From a virus: 64,000 bases of DNA. The notes beneath the pieces are model-generated. The model did not search any database, was not told where the DNA came from, and saw only the letters and a program-made list of their open reading frames with translations. The stretch lies in the IMG/VR virus record IMGVR_UViG_3300033402_000312; one strand, 5' to 3'. Both the position numbers and the translations under genes were made by a program. Below, piece after piece: positions 43,445 to 53,093 of this stretch. How positions within the stretch are numbered: the stretch's first letter is position 1; each line of letters starts with the position of its first letter.

Positions 43445-45187
43445 ATGTTTCTGCTCCCCTCCCTGTATACTAAGGCTGGAGGGAACGTGGCAGACGCAGC
43501 CAAAAACCCTGTCCAGACCGAGCCAGCCAAAAACCTCGCCTTCGAGCGCTCGAACAACCTGCGCGACCATTTCCCCTTTGCCGAGGTTCGCGGCAACCAA
43601 AACCCCACGCTTGACAAGCTGGCAAAATGGGTTTCTTCTCCCCAAAAATTCTTCCTGTTGGAGGGTCCGACCGGATTCGGAAAATCGCCCGTGGACATCG
43701 CCTGCGCGTCGCACGCAAAGACGTTGCCGAGCTACGGCGAGTTCAAGCCGGGCGCGTACATTTTGACGCCGCAGAAGACCCTTGCCGAGCAGTACATGAG
43801 GGACTTCGCCTCGATGGGGCTGGTGGAACTCAAAGGCCGCGCCAACTACCGCTGCGACAAGTGGAGCCAGATCACAGGCGAGGAAGTGGATTGCGAGATC
43901 GGCGCATCCCTCAACGAGTCCTCCGGCTTGGAAGAAACGTGCAGGTTCTGCCCGTACCGCGCCGCCAAGAGCGCCTTCATGGACGCCCCGTTCGGCACGA
44001 CGAATTTCGCGTACTTCCTGAACGAAACGAACCATGCCGGGCAGCTTCCCAACCGCAACATGCTGATCTTGGACGAGGGGCACAACACCGAAGACCATAT
44101 CCTTTCGCTGACCGACACCGAGCTTAACCAGCGGCGCTGCGACGAGTACGGGGCGGGGAAGCTGCCTGTCTTCCATGCCGGGGACAACGAGAGAGTCCTG
44201 ATATGGCTCGACGACGTGTTCGTCCCCGCCGCAATCGCCTACGGGAGCAGGCTGGCGAAGTCCTTCCGCGAAGCCCGCGACGAGGAGCGCATCAAAGTCA
44301 TCCGCAAGCAGAAAGCGCTCGACAACTACCTGTCGCGCATCAACATGTTTCGCAACGCGGCTGACCCCGGCGAGTGGTTCGCGTGGTCTGACTGGCAGGA
44401 AAACAAGAATACCGGCAAATTCCACGGCACGGGCGACCTGTTCATCAAGCCGCTGACCGCCCGGCTGTTCGCTGACGACTTGCTTTTCTCGAAGGCGCAG
44501 AAGGTGCTGATTACTTCCGCGACTATCCTCGACTTCAAGACGTTCATGCGCAACCTCGACATCGCCGAGCGCGACGCGCAGATTCTCGCGGTCGATTCCG
44601 AGTTCCCGGTCGAGAACCGCCCGATATTCTACCGCCCGGTCGGCAGCATGTCGTACAGGAACATCGACGCCACCCTGCCTTTGATGGCGGTAGAAATCGA
44701 GGCGCTGCTCACGCGGTACATGGCGAAGAAGGGCATCATCCACACGAACTCCTACAAGGTGAACCAGTACATCACGCGCTACCTGATGAGCACGGGCCAT
44801 GCGCACCGCATCATCACGCACGACAGTTCAAAGGGCGCACGCGAGGCGGCGCAGAACCGGCACTTGACCTCAAAGGAGCCGACCATCCTATGCTCGCCCT
44901 CCATGACCGAGGGGCTGGACTTGAAAGAGGATTTGAGCCGCCTCCAGATCGTCTGCAAGGTTCCGTACCCTGCGCTCGACCCGTACACCCGCGCACGCAT
45001 GAACCGCGACCGCCGCTGGTACTCTTGGCAGACTGCGCTCAAGCTGGAGCAGGGCACAGGGCGCAGCGTCCGCAGCAAGACCGACCGCGCCCACACCTAT
45101 GTCCTTGACTCCGATTTCTCCGACTTCATCCAGAAAAACAACCGCATAATGTCGAAGTGGTGGCTGGACTCCATAATTTGGAGGTAA
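43445..45187 (+). CDS. DinG/XPD-like Fe-S DNA helicase (likely start GTG 43487)
   Basis: Walker A LEGPTGFGKS. DEGH box LILDEGHN. Four-Cys Fe-S module C..C..C..C (NYRCDKW..CEIG..CRFCPY). C-terminal Helicase_C_2-like GTGRSVRSKTDRAHTYVLD. A promoter-like TGTATACT plus GGAGGGAAC RBS precede the GTG. Confidence 0.8.
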   Translation: MFLLPSLYTKAGGNVADAAKNPVQTEPAKNLAFERSNNLRDHFPFAEVRGNQNPTLDKLAKWVSSPQKFFLLEGPTGFGKSPVDIACASHAKTLPSYGEFKPGAYILTPQKTLAEQYMRDFASMGLVELKGRANYRCDKWSQITGEEVDCEIGASLNESSGLEETCRFCPYRAAKSAFMDAPFGTTNFAYFLNETNHAGQLPNRNMLILDEGHNTEDHILSLTDTELNQRRCDEYGAGKLPVFHAGDNERVLIWLDDVFVPAAIAYGSRLAKSFREARDEERIKVIRKQKALDNYLSRINMFRNAADPGEWFAWSDWQENKNTGKFHGTGDLFIKPLTARLFADDLLFSKAQKVLITSATILDFKTFMRNLDIAERDAQILAVDSEFPVENRPIFYRPVGSMSYRNIDATLPLMAVEIEALLTRYMAKKGIIHTNSYKVNQYITRYLMSTGHAHRIITHDSSKGAREAAQNRHLTSKEPTILCSPSMTEGLDLKEDLSRLQIVCKVPYPALDPYTRARMNRDRRWYSWQTALKLEQGTGRSVRSKTDRAHTYVLDSDFSDFIQKNNRIMSKWWLDSIIWR

Positions 45188-45213
45188 GTTGTTGAAAAAC
45201 AGGCACTTGCTGG

Positions 45214-45243
45214 TGGACAAAATCGTGCCCACGGCTGTATACT
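45214..45243 (+). promoter_or_regulatory. sigma70-like promoter TGGACA-N18-TATACT
   Basis: TGGACA at 45214-45219, TATACT at 45238-45243. GGAGGGAAC RBS and the ATG at 45264 follow. Confidence 0.5.
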
Positions 45244-45263
45244 AAGGCTGGATGGAGGGAACA

Positions 45264-45920
45264 ATGAACTTCGGACCGATCAAAACTTTCGACAGGCAGA
45301 ACCTGAAAGACCTGCGCAACGATTTCGATCAAGCAGTCGCCGGTTTGGCGAAGAAGTATGGCATCGCCATCAGCCTCGGCAATATCCGCTTCGATGCTGC
45401 GAAAGCGACCTCCAAGGTTGAGTTCGTCGTCACTACCCCCGGCACTGCCAATCCCCGCGAAGCCCTCATGGCGGCAGATTTCTCGCGCTACGCCGAGTCC
45501 TTTGGACTCAAGCCCGAGCAGTATGGTGAGACCTTCACGTTCGGATTCGGACGCAAACGCAATACCTACAAGCTGGTCGGCTTGAAGCCGCGCTCTCCCA
45601 AGCGTCCGATTGTGGGAACCAGCCTCCGCGACGGCAAGGATTACATCTTTCCCGAGTCCGCCATCGCCAGCTTGCAGAGCGCGGAACACAAGAAACTCTA
45701 CGGCATCACGACCCCGACCCCAACCGCCTTGGGCATGTGCTCAAATGACAACGCCTATGACGCGAAGTTCAAACCCATCGGCAAGTGCAACCGCCCTGCA
45801 ACCACGACCCGCAAGAGCGGGTTCAGCCGGGACGCCCGGATGCAGCCCTTCTGCGACCAGTGCGCCCAGTTGATCGATGAATCCCGCGCCGAAATGGCAG
45901 CGGAAGGAAGGGCGTCCTGA
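45264..45920 (+). CDS. hypothetical protein (track start 45252)
   Basis: MNFGPIKTFDR.. The C-terminus has a CxxC (FCDQCAQL). Confidence 0.45.
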   Translation: MNFGPIKTFDRQNLKDLRNDFDQAVAGLAKKYGIAISLGNIRFDAAKATSKVEFVVTTPGTANPREALMAADFSRYAESFGLKPEQYGETFTFGFGRKRNTYKLVGLKPRSPKRPIVGTSLRDGKDYIFPESAIASLQSAEHKKLYGITTPTPTALGMCSNDNAYDAKFKPIGKCNRPATTTRKSGFSRDARMQPFCDQCAQLIDESRAEMAAEGRAS

Positions 45921-46063
45921 TGAACGCAGCTTCGGGGGGTTTTCTTTATGTCGGTTTCTGCATCAGCCTGCTTGTGGTATACGGCGTGATGAGGCTCATG
46001 GCGACAAAGCGCTACGCTAGGGAAGATCGGGCCAAGAAGCAACAAGCCTCGAAAGGGTAACCA

Positions 46064-46306
46064 ATGTTCGACACGACCACCCGTTGGGAAAAGATGGACG
46101 CAAGCGCAAGCACGGCGAAATACCTGTGCAGCGGCGCGTACACGCTGTGGAGCCGCCTGATGAACGGCGAGCAGTTCTTTACCGTTCTGCCGAGGGACGC
46201 GGAACCGATCAACGGACTGACGTTCGGTCACCACAGCATTGCTGACGCCTTAAAAGCGGAAAGATTGATGTTTGAGGACTCCGAAGACACAGAGGATGTG
46301 CTGTAA
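46064..46306 (+). CDS. hypothetical protein
   Basis: 80-aa ORF. Confidence 0.35.
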   Translation: MFDTTTRWEKMDASASTAKYLCSGAYTLWSRLMNGEQFFTVLPRDAEPINGLTFGHHSIADALKAERLMFEDSEDTEDVL

Positions 46307-46618
46307 ATGGGACACGCCTCGTCAAGCTATTGGCTCCAAGTTTCCGAATTCGCGGGGACGTACGACAACCCCTACAAGCCAGGGGGCAGGGGCATCAAGT
46401 ACACGAAGTGGAAGACCATCGACGGGCGTTGGGCTGGCATCGGAGGAATTAAGGAAGCCAAGGTAATGTGGCTGGAGCACTACCGGCAGCGCGACTTGGC
46501 GAAGATCACTAAGCTTCGAGTTCGCTACAGGGGCAAGACTGTGATCGACCATCAGGGGCACGTGTACGAGCAACGCAAGAACGGCATGCACTTCGTGGAG
46601 GACTTGCTTGATTTGTGA
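46307..46618 (+). CDS. hypothetical protein
   Basis: 103-aa ORF abutting its neighbour. Confidence 0.4.
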   Translation: MGHASSSYWLQVSEFAGTYDNPYKPGGRGIKYTKWKTIDGRWAGIGGIKEAKVMWLEHYRQRDLAKITKLRVRYRGKTVIDHQGHVYEQRKNGMHFVEDLLDL

Positions 46619-46651
46619 GACCCGATGCTTGAACTGCGGTAAGACGCTGAC

Positions 46652-47014
46652 TTGAAGTCGGCGACTTTCGCCAGTTCCGTTGCCGGGAAAGTAGCGCCTG
46701 CCGTATTAAAGGTCATGCTGACCCACCGCCAGCGCAAGCGGCTCCCTAAGCCCAAGGACATAGCCATGATGTGGCGGGCACTCCAAGGCTCCGTGCCCAT
46801 GCATACGCAGCCGTACCACGGTCTGCGCGAATCATACCGGGGGGTCGTCAACTACAGGATTGCATCCAATTTTCAAGGCATTGAGTGGTCTGTTGACACC
46901 TATAGGGATAACTGGTACGTTGTCACGGTCAAGGATTTTACTGTCCCGTGCCCGTCCGTTCCGTCTGTAATCGGACATTTACGGAAGATGCTAGGCTTAC
47001 GGGCATCTAAGTAG
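46652..47014 (+). CDS. hypothetical protein
   Basis: 120-aa ORF. Confidence 0.4.
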   Translation: MKSATFASSVAGKVAPAVLKVMLTHRQRKRLPKPKDIAMMWRALQGSVPMHTQPYHGLRESYRGVVNYRIASNFQGIEWSVDTYRDNWYVVTVKDFTVPCPSVPSVIGHLRKMLGLRASK

Positions 47015-47016
47015 GC

Positions 47017-47637
47017 ATGTTTTATACGGTTTACAAAACGACAAACCTCATCAACGGCAAATACTACTTTGGAGTTCACCGGACGGAAGACCCTTACGAT
47101 GGCTATCTTGGTTCTGGCAAAATTATTCTGAAAGCAGTAGTGAAATACGGAAAGCAAGCATTCAAAAAAGATGTCTTGTTTATCTATCCGTACGCCGAAC
47201 AAGCGTTCTCCAAAGAAAAAGAACTTGTCTCCGCTTTTAAGATCGATCCATTTTGCTACAATCTCAGGGATGGAGGCGCTGGTGAGTTCAAACGTCCTCC
47301 TACTTCGGAGGAGACAAGAGCTAAGTTGCGGGCGTCTCACAAAGGCAAGACGCTTCCATTGACACAACGTCAGAAGATCGGTCATTCTCAAGAAGGAAGG
47401 ACTGTTTCTGAAGAGATTCGCCAGAAAATAAGAAAGTCTTTGGAAGGACGAAAGCGCCCACCAGAGGTCGGCAGGAAAACAGCCGCAAGTCTTCGAGCGA
47501 GGACTAAATACATCCAGCGCATTTGCCCTGAATGTGGCATCCAATTCACTACGAGAGCAGCTAAGACAGTGGCGCGAACATTCTGCTCCAAGTCCTGTTC
47601 CGGTAAGTACGCCCGCCGACGTCGGGGAGTGCGTTGA
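47017..47637 (+). CDS. GIY-YIG homing endonuclease (low-GC insert)
   Basis: MFYTVYKTTNLINGKYYFGVHRTE..YLGSGKIILKAVVKYG is a GIY-YIG motif. The basic C-terminal domain has CPECG..CSKSC. Confidence 0.8.
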   Translation: MFYTVYKTTNLINGKYYFGVHRTEDPYDGYLGSGKIILKAVVKYGKQAFKKDVLFIYPYAEQAFSKEKELVSAFKIDPFCYNLRDGGAGEFKRPPTSEETRAKLRASHKGKTLPLTQRQKIGHSQEGRTVSEEIRQKIRKSLEGRKRPPEVGRKTAASLRARTKYIQRICPECGIQFTTRAAKTVARTFCSKSCSGKYARRRRGVR

Positions 47638-48230
47638 TGGTCGGGAAGACGAAAAAGCGAAAGCTGAAGCACGTCGTCCCGGTCAACTCCAAGGAAGAAC
47701 TGGCGAAGGTGCTCGCGATCCAGAAAGCCGTGTCCGACCGGGCGCGGATCGAGCTTGCAACTGCCTCCTCGTCCGCACCGGCCGGGTTCGTCGAGTCCGC
47801 CGCGAGAACGCTGGAGAAGTACGCACGCTACCCCACGCTGACGGAATACCAGTATGTCCCGCACCTCGCGGACGGCGAGAAGTGGGGCGCGACGTTCGGC
47901 GTCGCCGCGCTTGTCGGCGCTCTGGTGCTTGACCATGCCCGCAGGCTGATGGGCGTCCGGTCGGATTTGCGCTTGGAATACATCCGCTTCCTCGACGCCC
48001 TCGCCGAGCCGGGCAAGGGCAGCGTCAACATGAACATGCCCACGACCCGCGTGTTCGCAATATTGTCCGAGGCCTACGGGATCGTCTGGTCGAGCGGCGA
48101 CTCCCTGTCGCTTACGGTGGCCGGGAAGCGGGTGTACCTGCACATGCTGGACGCCGTGAAGTTCGTGGAGGAGGCCGCTTCGGCAGCCCAGAAATTCAGG
48201 GAATCCGGGGAATCGGGTATTTCGTTGTAA
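47634..48230 (+). CDS. hypothetical protein
   Basis: 198-aa ORF overlapping both neighbours by 4 nt. Confidence 0.45.
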   Translation: MMVGKTKKRKLKHVVPVNSKEELAKVLAIQKAVSDRARIELATASSSAPAGFVESAARTLEKYARYPTLTEYQYVPHLADGEKWGATFGVAALVGALVLDHARRLMGVRSDLRLEYIRFLDALAEPGKGSVNMNMPTTRVFAILSEAYGIVWSSGDSLSLTVAGKRVYLHMLDAVKFVEEAASAAQKFRESGESGISL

Positions 48231-48730
48231 TGCACAGAATTTACCTCGCTGCCCCCTTCGAGTGGATAGACCGCATGAAGGCCTATGCGGAGCAGCTTCG
48301 CGCCCTCGGCTTCGAGGTCATGTCCCGCTGGCTGGACGAGCAGGATAGGGGCGGCGACACCGACCTCACCGACGCGGACGGCGGCACCCAGCTTGACAAG
48401 ACCGAGCTTGCGATCTCGTTCGCAGTGCGCGACATCCGCAACATCCTCAGCGCGGACACCGTCATCGAATTCAATCCCGGCAAGGCCCTCATACGCAACA
48501 CACGCTTAGCCGAGTTCGGCGGGGCGCTGTTCCTCGGCAAACAGTGCATAGTGATCGGCCCGGAGAACCCGAAGCACAAGAACCGCATCGACACCGTCTT
48601 TGTTTTTCTCGACGAAGGCTCCATCCCGGCAGACTTGGCAACCGCAGGAATAAAACCCGTCAAGCACTACGATACGTGGGAGGATTTCCTTGGGTTTGCC
48701 GCGACGGAGGCTGCGAGGAAAATTCCATAG
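48230..48730 (+). CDS. nucleoside 2-deoxyribosyltransferase-like protein
   Basis: N-terminal RIYLAAPFEW resembles the (K/R)IYLAGPFF start of the NDT/Rcl family. 166 aa. Confidence 0.45.
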   Translation: MHRIYLAAPFEWIDRMKAYAEQLRALGFEVMSRWLDEQDRGGDTDLTDADGGTQLDKTELAISFAVRDIRNILSADTVIEFNPGKALIRNTRLAEFGGALFLGKQCIVIGPENPKHKNRIDTVFVFLDEGSIPADLATAGIKPVKHYDTWEDFLGFAATEAARKIP

Positions 48731-48741
48731 GAGGCACTTCC

Positions 48742-48984
48742 ATGGCACTTGACACGACGAACGTTAAATCGATCCTTACCAGCAAGACGTTTTACGGCGC
48801 TGTACTGGCCTTGATCTCGGTTGTCGCACCGCACCTGTATCAACACATACTGGCGGCGTTTGGCGTGAACGACCCCAACCAGATAGCCAACATGATTGTC
48901 GGCACGCTGGGTTCGATCCTTGCAATTTATGGTCGTTTTGTTGCAACGCAGACTGTGACACTGACTGGTGCCCCCAAGAAGTAG
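48742..48984 (+). CDS. small membrane protein (2 TM, holin-like topology)
   Basis: Internal ATG with AGGAGGCAC RBS. MALDTTNVKSILTSKTFYGAVLALISVV..IANMIVGTLGSILAIYGRFVA. Confidence 0.45.
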   Translation: MALDTTNVKSILTSKTFYGAVLALISVVAPHLYQHILAAFGVNDPNQIANMIVGTLGSILAIYGRFVATQTVTLTGAPKK

Positions 48985-49014
48985 GGGGCTTCCGCATTTG
49001 CGGTATCATACTCT

Positions 49015-49815
49015 GTGGCTGAGACTCTCACGGAGTACCCGACCGTCCCGCTCCTGCTTGAGCGGGCACCGAAAAAACACAACATCCTGATCGGCAACGA
49101 CCCTGCCCAGATACGTTTTGCCGAGCAGTTCCTGTCCATGCACCATGGCGTCCCGGTCAGGCATGAGCAGGTGCCTGCGGTCGGCGACGAAATGCTGCTA
49201 GGCAAGGACGGGACGAGGCTCTACCTGGTGGATGTCGTCCAGCAGGTCGATCTGTCCCCGGCCGTCAAATCCAAGACCGGGATATGGTCGCTCGACCTGA
49301 TCGAAAAGGGAAGCGCGGGGATCAACGCCATCATCCGGCACGCAGCCAAGCTGCTTGGCATCGCGAAGCCGCCGAAGGATGTCGTGGCAAAAATCGGCTA
49401 CGAGCTTGTCAGGGACAGCGACCCGTTCAGCAGGCGCTACCTCTTGACCGACATCCGCGCCGCCGTCTGGCATGCGGCCTGGCTCTTGTCCGGCCCGGCG
49501 GAGAAAAGACTCCCGTGGATCGCCCCGTGGGAAAACTGGATGACATGGCTTCCCCGAGGCGCAGACCCGCGCTACCGCCTCAACACCCTGTACCGCGAGC
49601 TTGTGATGTGGACGTTCGCCTCCACCGGGGACGAGCGTGGCTTTCGCAAGACCGGGGGAAGCTGGGATTCCAAGCGGTTCCAAAAGCTGGCGGCGCTCCA
49701 GTTGCCGAGGGATAAAGTCTACGACACCCTCGCGCTGCTTTCGGCTTGGCGGGCGCATGGATACGACCCCTACGTGTGCGCAATCCGCATCTCTAAAATA
49801 TGGGAAATCAGATAA
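49015..49815 (+). CDS. hypothetical protein
   Basis: 266-aa ORF. Confidence 0.45.
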   Translation: MAETLTEYPTVPLLLERAPKKHNILIGNDPAQIRFAEQFLSMHHGVPVRHEQVPAVGDEMLLGKDGTRLYLVDVVQQVDLSPAVKSKTGIWSLDLIEKGSAGINAIIRHAAKLLGIAKPPKDVVAKIGYELVRDSDPFSRRYLLTDIRAAVWHAAWLLSGPAEKRLPWIAPWENWMTWLPRGADPRYRLNTLYRELVMWTFASTGDERGFRKTGGSWDSKRFQKLAALQLPRDKVYDTLALLSAWRAHGYDPYVCAIRISKIWEIR

Positions 49816-49878
49816 AACCTGCCCCCCTTTTCCCTTTGTTTCCGCAAGAACGCGGTATTACAGGATCAGAGGGGAACA

Positions 49879-50226
49879 ATGTCAACAGGAAAATCCAAGG
49901 CTGGCCGCGAAGATTTGGTCGGGCGGGTGCAGACGGCTCTCGATTTGACCACCAAGAAGGAAGCCGAGAACATCGTGGACACGGTGATCGAGGCCCTTGA
50001 GGCAACCTTGCTGGCGAACCTGACCACCGATAAGTTTTCGCTCAAGCTAAATTCTTTTGGGAAATTCACAGTCCGCCACAAACCCGGTATCTATCGGAAG
50101 ATACCCTTCACCGGGGAAACGAAGATGACGAGCGCGAAGCGCAAGGTCAAGTTCGTGACGCTCGGCGAGCTTCGGAAGAAGGAAGCGGTATCCCAGACAC
50201 CTGAAACCCAAAACGGAGAAAACTGA
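49879..50226 (+). CDS. HU/IHF family DNA-binding protein
   Basis: LVGRVQTALDLTKKEAENIVDTVIEAL..LNSFGKFTVRHKPGIYRKIPFTGETKMTSAKRKVKFVTLGELRK fits the HU fold signature (GFG.F..R..R.GRNP.TGE...A...V.F). Confidence 0.8.
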   Translation: MSTGKSKAGREDLVGRVQTALDLTTKKEAENIVDTVIEALEATLLANLTTDKFSLKLNSFGKFTVRHKPGIYRKIPFTGETKMTSAKRKVKFVTLGELRKKEAVSQTPETQNGEN

Positions 50227-50230
50227 CACC

Positions 50231-51115
50231 ATGCCGATGCAAATGCAATTCGACGACGAATTCGAAAACATCCCGGTAACACCCAAAACCACGGCACCGC
50301 AAAGCGCCGCAGCCGCAGCGCCAGCCCCAGCAGCGAGCGCACCGCCGAGGCAGCCGCCAGCCAAGGCGACGGCCGCAGCCGTCGAGGAAGACTCCCCGAA
50401 AGGTACGACCGTGGATGACAATGAAAACCTTTCGACCGATTTCGACGACGAAAAAGTCTACGCCCGGCCCGGACAACTCAACCAGATTCGCCCAGACAAG
50501 GGGAAGGCAGTCCGCTTCGCCTTTGTCCCGAAGGAGTGGATCGCCCCGCAAACCGCCAAGTCCCACTTCGTGGAAATGACGAAGGACGGCAAGCCTTTCA
50601 AGATTCGCGTGCGCTGCCTCACCCCGATGGGCAACGAGGCTGAGTGGGCTTACTGCTGCACGGCCTTGGAAAAGGATGGCGATGTCGTGGTTGCGGCGCT
50701 AGTCATCCACTACACCAACGCCAACCCAGTTACGGGCAAGTATGACAAGGACTCCAAGGGGAACTTCCCGCCCATTGAGTTCGAGATCGGCTTCGTGCGC
50801 CTGTCCAGCTTTAACATGCGCCAGATCAAGAAGCTTCCCGATGAGGACAAAACCCCCTTTGACATCGACATCGTGATGACCAATGCTGACAGCCGGGCTT
50901 TCGGGTACGAGTTCAACCGCAAGTCCAACACCCCGCGTTGGACGCTTGATCCCGAGGTCGCAGCGAAGGTCAAGACGGCGGCGCAACGCTTCCTCGACGG
51001 CAAGGCGCTCCGGTCTAAGCTCGGTCAAAAACTGAACGAGATCGAGTGGAGGGCCTTGCTGTCCGGCAAGAAGATCGGGTCTGACTCGACTTTGGGTAAC
51101 GTGGAAGAGTTGTGA
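50231..51115 (+). CDS. hypothetical protein with Ala/Pro-rich disordered N-terminus
   Basis: 294 aa. Located in the recombination neighbourhood. Could be an ssDNA-binding or annealing protein but no motif was recognised. Confidence 0.4.
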   Translation: MPMQMQFDDEFENIPVTPKTTAPQSAAAAAPAPAASAPPRQPPAKATAAAVEEDSPKGTTVDDNENLSTDFDDEKVYARPGQLNQIRPDKGKAVRFAFVPKEWIAPQTAKSHFVEMTKDGKPFKIRVRCLTPMGNEAEWAYCCTALEKDGDVVVAALVIHYTNANPVTGKYDKDSKGNFPPIEFEIGFVRLSSFNMRQIKKLPDEDKTPFDIDIVMTNADSRAFGYEFNRKSNTPRWTLDPEVAAKVKTAAQRFLDGKALRSKLGQKLNEIEWRALLSGKKIGSDSTLGNVEEL

Positions 51116-51229
51116 AGTCTGGAAACCCTTAACCCTCCAGTGAGTATCAATTCACTGGGGGGTTTTGTTTTATCTTATCAGCAAACGAGTTGAGTCGCCA
51201 CGGCTGTAAAGCCGATAGCACTCATTCAA

Positions 51230-51454
51230 ATGAAGGGGAGTGACGAAATGGAAGCAAAACACCTAGAGCAGTGGCAACTAAATGTAGTCGGGGAACAGCA
51301 AGCTCTGGCGGATAAGGTGAGCAACCTGTACAAGTTCATCGCAACTGACAAATTCAAACCCCTTGACGTAGAGGAGCAGGTTCGATTGAAGCTTCAAGGC
51401 GAGTACATGCGGCTCTATTTGGATGTGCTCGATAGACGCATGGCAGCATGGTAG
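51230..51454 (+). CDS. small hypothetical protein
   Basis: 74 aa. Confidence 0.4.
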   Translation: MKGSDEMEAKHLEQWQLNVVGEQQALADKVSNLYKFIATDKFKPLDVEEQVRLKLQGEYMRLYLDVLDRRMAAW

Positions 51455-51471
51455 CACAAGCGTGAATAGCC

Positions 51472-52221
51472 ATGCTTATTTGCGGAATTGACTTCGAGAC
51501 CACGGGTCTCAATATCCCGACCATCGGCGTGACCGAGGTTGGGCTGGTTCTTTGGGATACCGACCTCCACGCACCGATCAAACTGTTCGGCACACTGGTT
51601 GATCCCGGCTCGTACGCGGTGTGGGAGCCAGGAGCCGAAGAGGTCAACAACCTCACCCCGGAGCTTTGCGACAAGTACGGCATGGAGGACGAGAAAGCGC
51701 TCAAGTACGTGCTCTCGTGGTACGGCAGTGCTGACGTGGCATGCGCCCACAACGGCAACTTTTTTGACCGGCCGCTTTTAGACAAGTGGGCCGAGAGGTA
51801 CGGTTTCGACTCTCAGAGAAATAAATTGTGGATCGACACCTTTATTGACATCGAGCGGCCGAAGAAAGGCAGCGGTCGCCTCGGATACATGGCGGCAGAC
51901 CACGGCTTCCTCAACCCATTCCCCCATCGCGCCATGTTCGACGTCATGACCATGATGACGATCCTGATGGCACCGGACGTGTCGAAAGCACCCCCCAAGT
52001 ACGACTTGAATGCGATTCAAGAGATCGCGAAATCTCCCACACGGGTAGTGAAGGCCGTGGTTTCCTTCGAAAAGAAGGAACTGGCGAAGGCGCGAGGCTA
52101 CCGTGGAATTTATGAAAACGGAAACTTCGTGCGCTGGGAGCTTGAAATCAAGGAATGCAACCTTGAGAAAGAGCGCGAGGCGGCTCGTCTTGCCGGATTC
52201 GAGATAGAGGTTATTCGATAA
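51472..52221 (+). CDS. DnaQ-like 3'-5' exonuclease (DEDDh)
   Basis: Exo I GIDFETTGL. Exo II AHNGNFFDRPLL. Exo III HRAMFDVMT. Confidence 0.85.
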   Translation: MLICGIDFETTGLNIPTIGVTEVGLVLWDTDLHAPIKLFGTLVDPGSYAVWEPGAEEVNNLTPELCDKYGMEDEKALKYVLSWYGSADVACAHNGNFFDRPLLDKWAERYGFDSQRNKLWIDTFIDIERPKKGSGRLGYMAADHGFLNPFPHRAMFDVMTMMTILMAPDVSKAPPKYDLNAIQEIAKSPTRVVKAVVSFEKKELAKARGYRGIYENGNFVRWELEIKECNLEKEREAARLAGFEIEVIR

Positions 52222-52364
52222 ACGGATCAGATCAATCCACCATTTGAATTTGCCAGTTTAGCTTAGAAAATCGGCTTCGAATTCCTTAATCAAGACTTCA
52301 ACGGACCGGTGTGCTCGGGGGGCAGTGACCCGCTCGTGGATGTCTGTTCAATTTCGAGGCAAAG

Positions 52365-53045
52365 GTGCAGATCGTGTATAAATTAACCTTGGTTTTCGTT
52401 CTATTCTTTGGTCTAGCATCTTGCAATGCAAAACTTGCAAAAGCAGGCATTGAAAGCGGCCCAGACACAGCGATAAAAGCGGCGCATCTTTTGGAAGAAG
52501 AAACAATCACAAACGATAGCACATGTTCTGCAACCGCTATCGGTCCGCACGCTCTGCTTACAGCAAGCCATTGCGAGCTACCGACTAATATGATTGCTGT
52601 TGACGGGGTCGAATACCACGTCAAAGACACCATCCGCGACGACTACGACCACACCATATATCTGTTGGCTGGACCGGCATTTATGGACATCGCGCCGATT
52701 GGCGGCAGCGGGCATGTTGGGGAGTCCATCTTTATTGTCGGAAACCCAAACGGGTTGCAGCATATTTTTCGGCGTGGAAGCGTAGCGGGATACATGCCGG
52801 TGTCTTTTTGGGAGGGGGAAGACGGCGACGGCATGGTGCTTTATGACATCAACGGGTTTTTCGGCGATTCAGGCGCGGCAGTTTTCGACGAATCAGGAAA
52901 TATAATCGGAGTCATCTCCCTGCTGCATATTGAAAATAAAAACGACGAAAGCAGCAGCCCGGAGTTTCGCTTGTTTGGCGGGTTTCCGCTTTCATTTACT
53001 CCGGGACAGCTTGCTGAAGCCAGGAACTTTGTCCCGAAGGATTAG
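52365..53045 (+). CDS. trypsin-like serine protease lipoprotein (moron, AT-richer island)
   Basis: Lipobox LASC after the signal peptide. LTASHC is a His motif and GDSGAAVFD is a GDSGGP-like Ser motif. Confidence 0.7.
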   Translation: MQIVYKLTLVFVLFFGLASCNAKLAKAGIESGPDTAIKAAHLLEEETITNDSTCSATAIGPHALLTASHCELPTNMIAVDGVEYHVKDTIRDDYDHTIYLLAGPAFMDIAPIGGSGHVGESIFIVGNPNGLQHIFRRGSVAGYMPVSFWEGEDGDGMVLYDINGFFGDSGAAVFDESGNIIGVISLLHIENKNDESSSPEFRLFGGFPLSFTPGQLAEARNFVPKD

Positions 53046-53093
53046 CCTCCCGCCTGGCTGAGCCGTTTCCCTTGCAATCGGGTATTAGGGGGT

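Noticed and set aside
40890-44821. Minus-strand ORFs 40890-41915 and 43421-44821 (341 and 466 aa)
   Set aside because: Antisense to the fibre-like and DinG genes. Arg/Gly/Val-rich translations without motifs.
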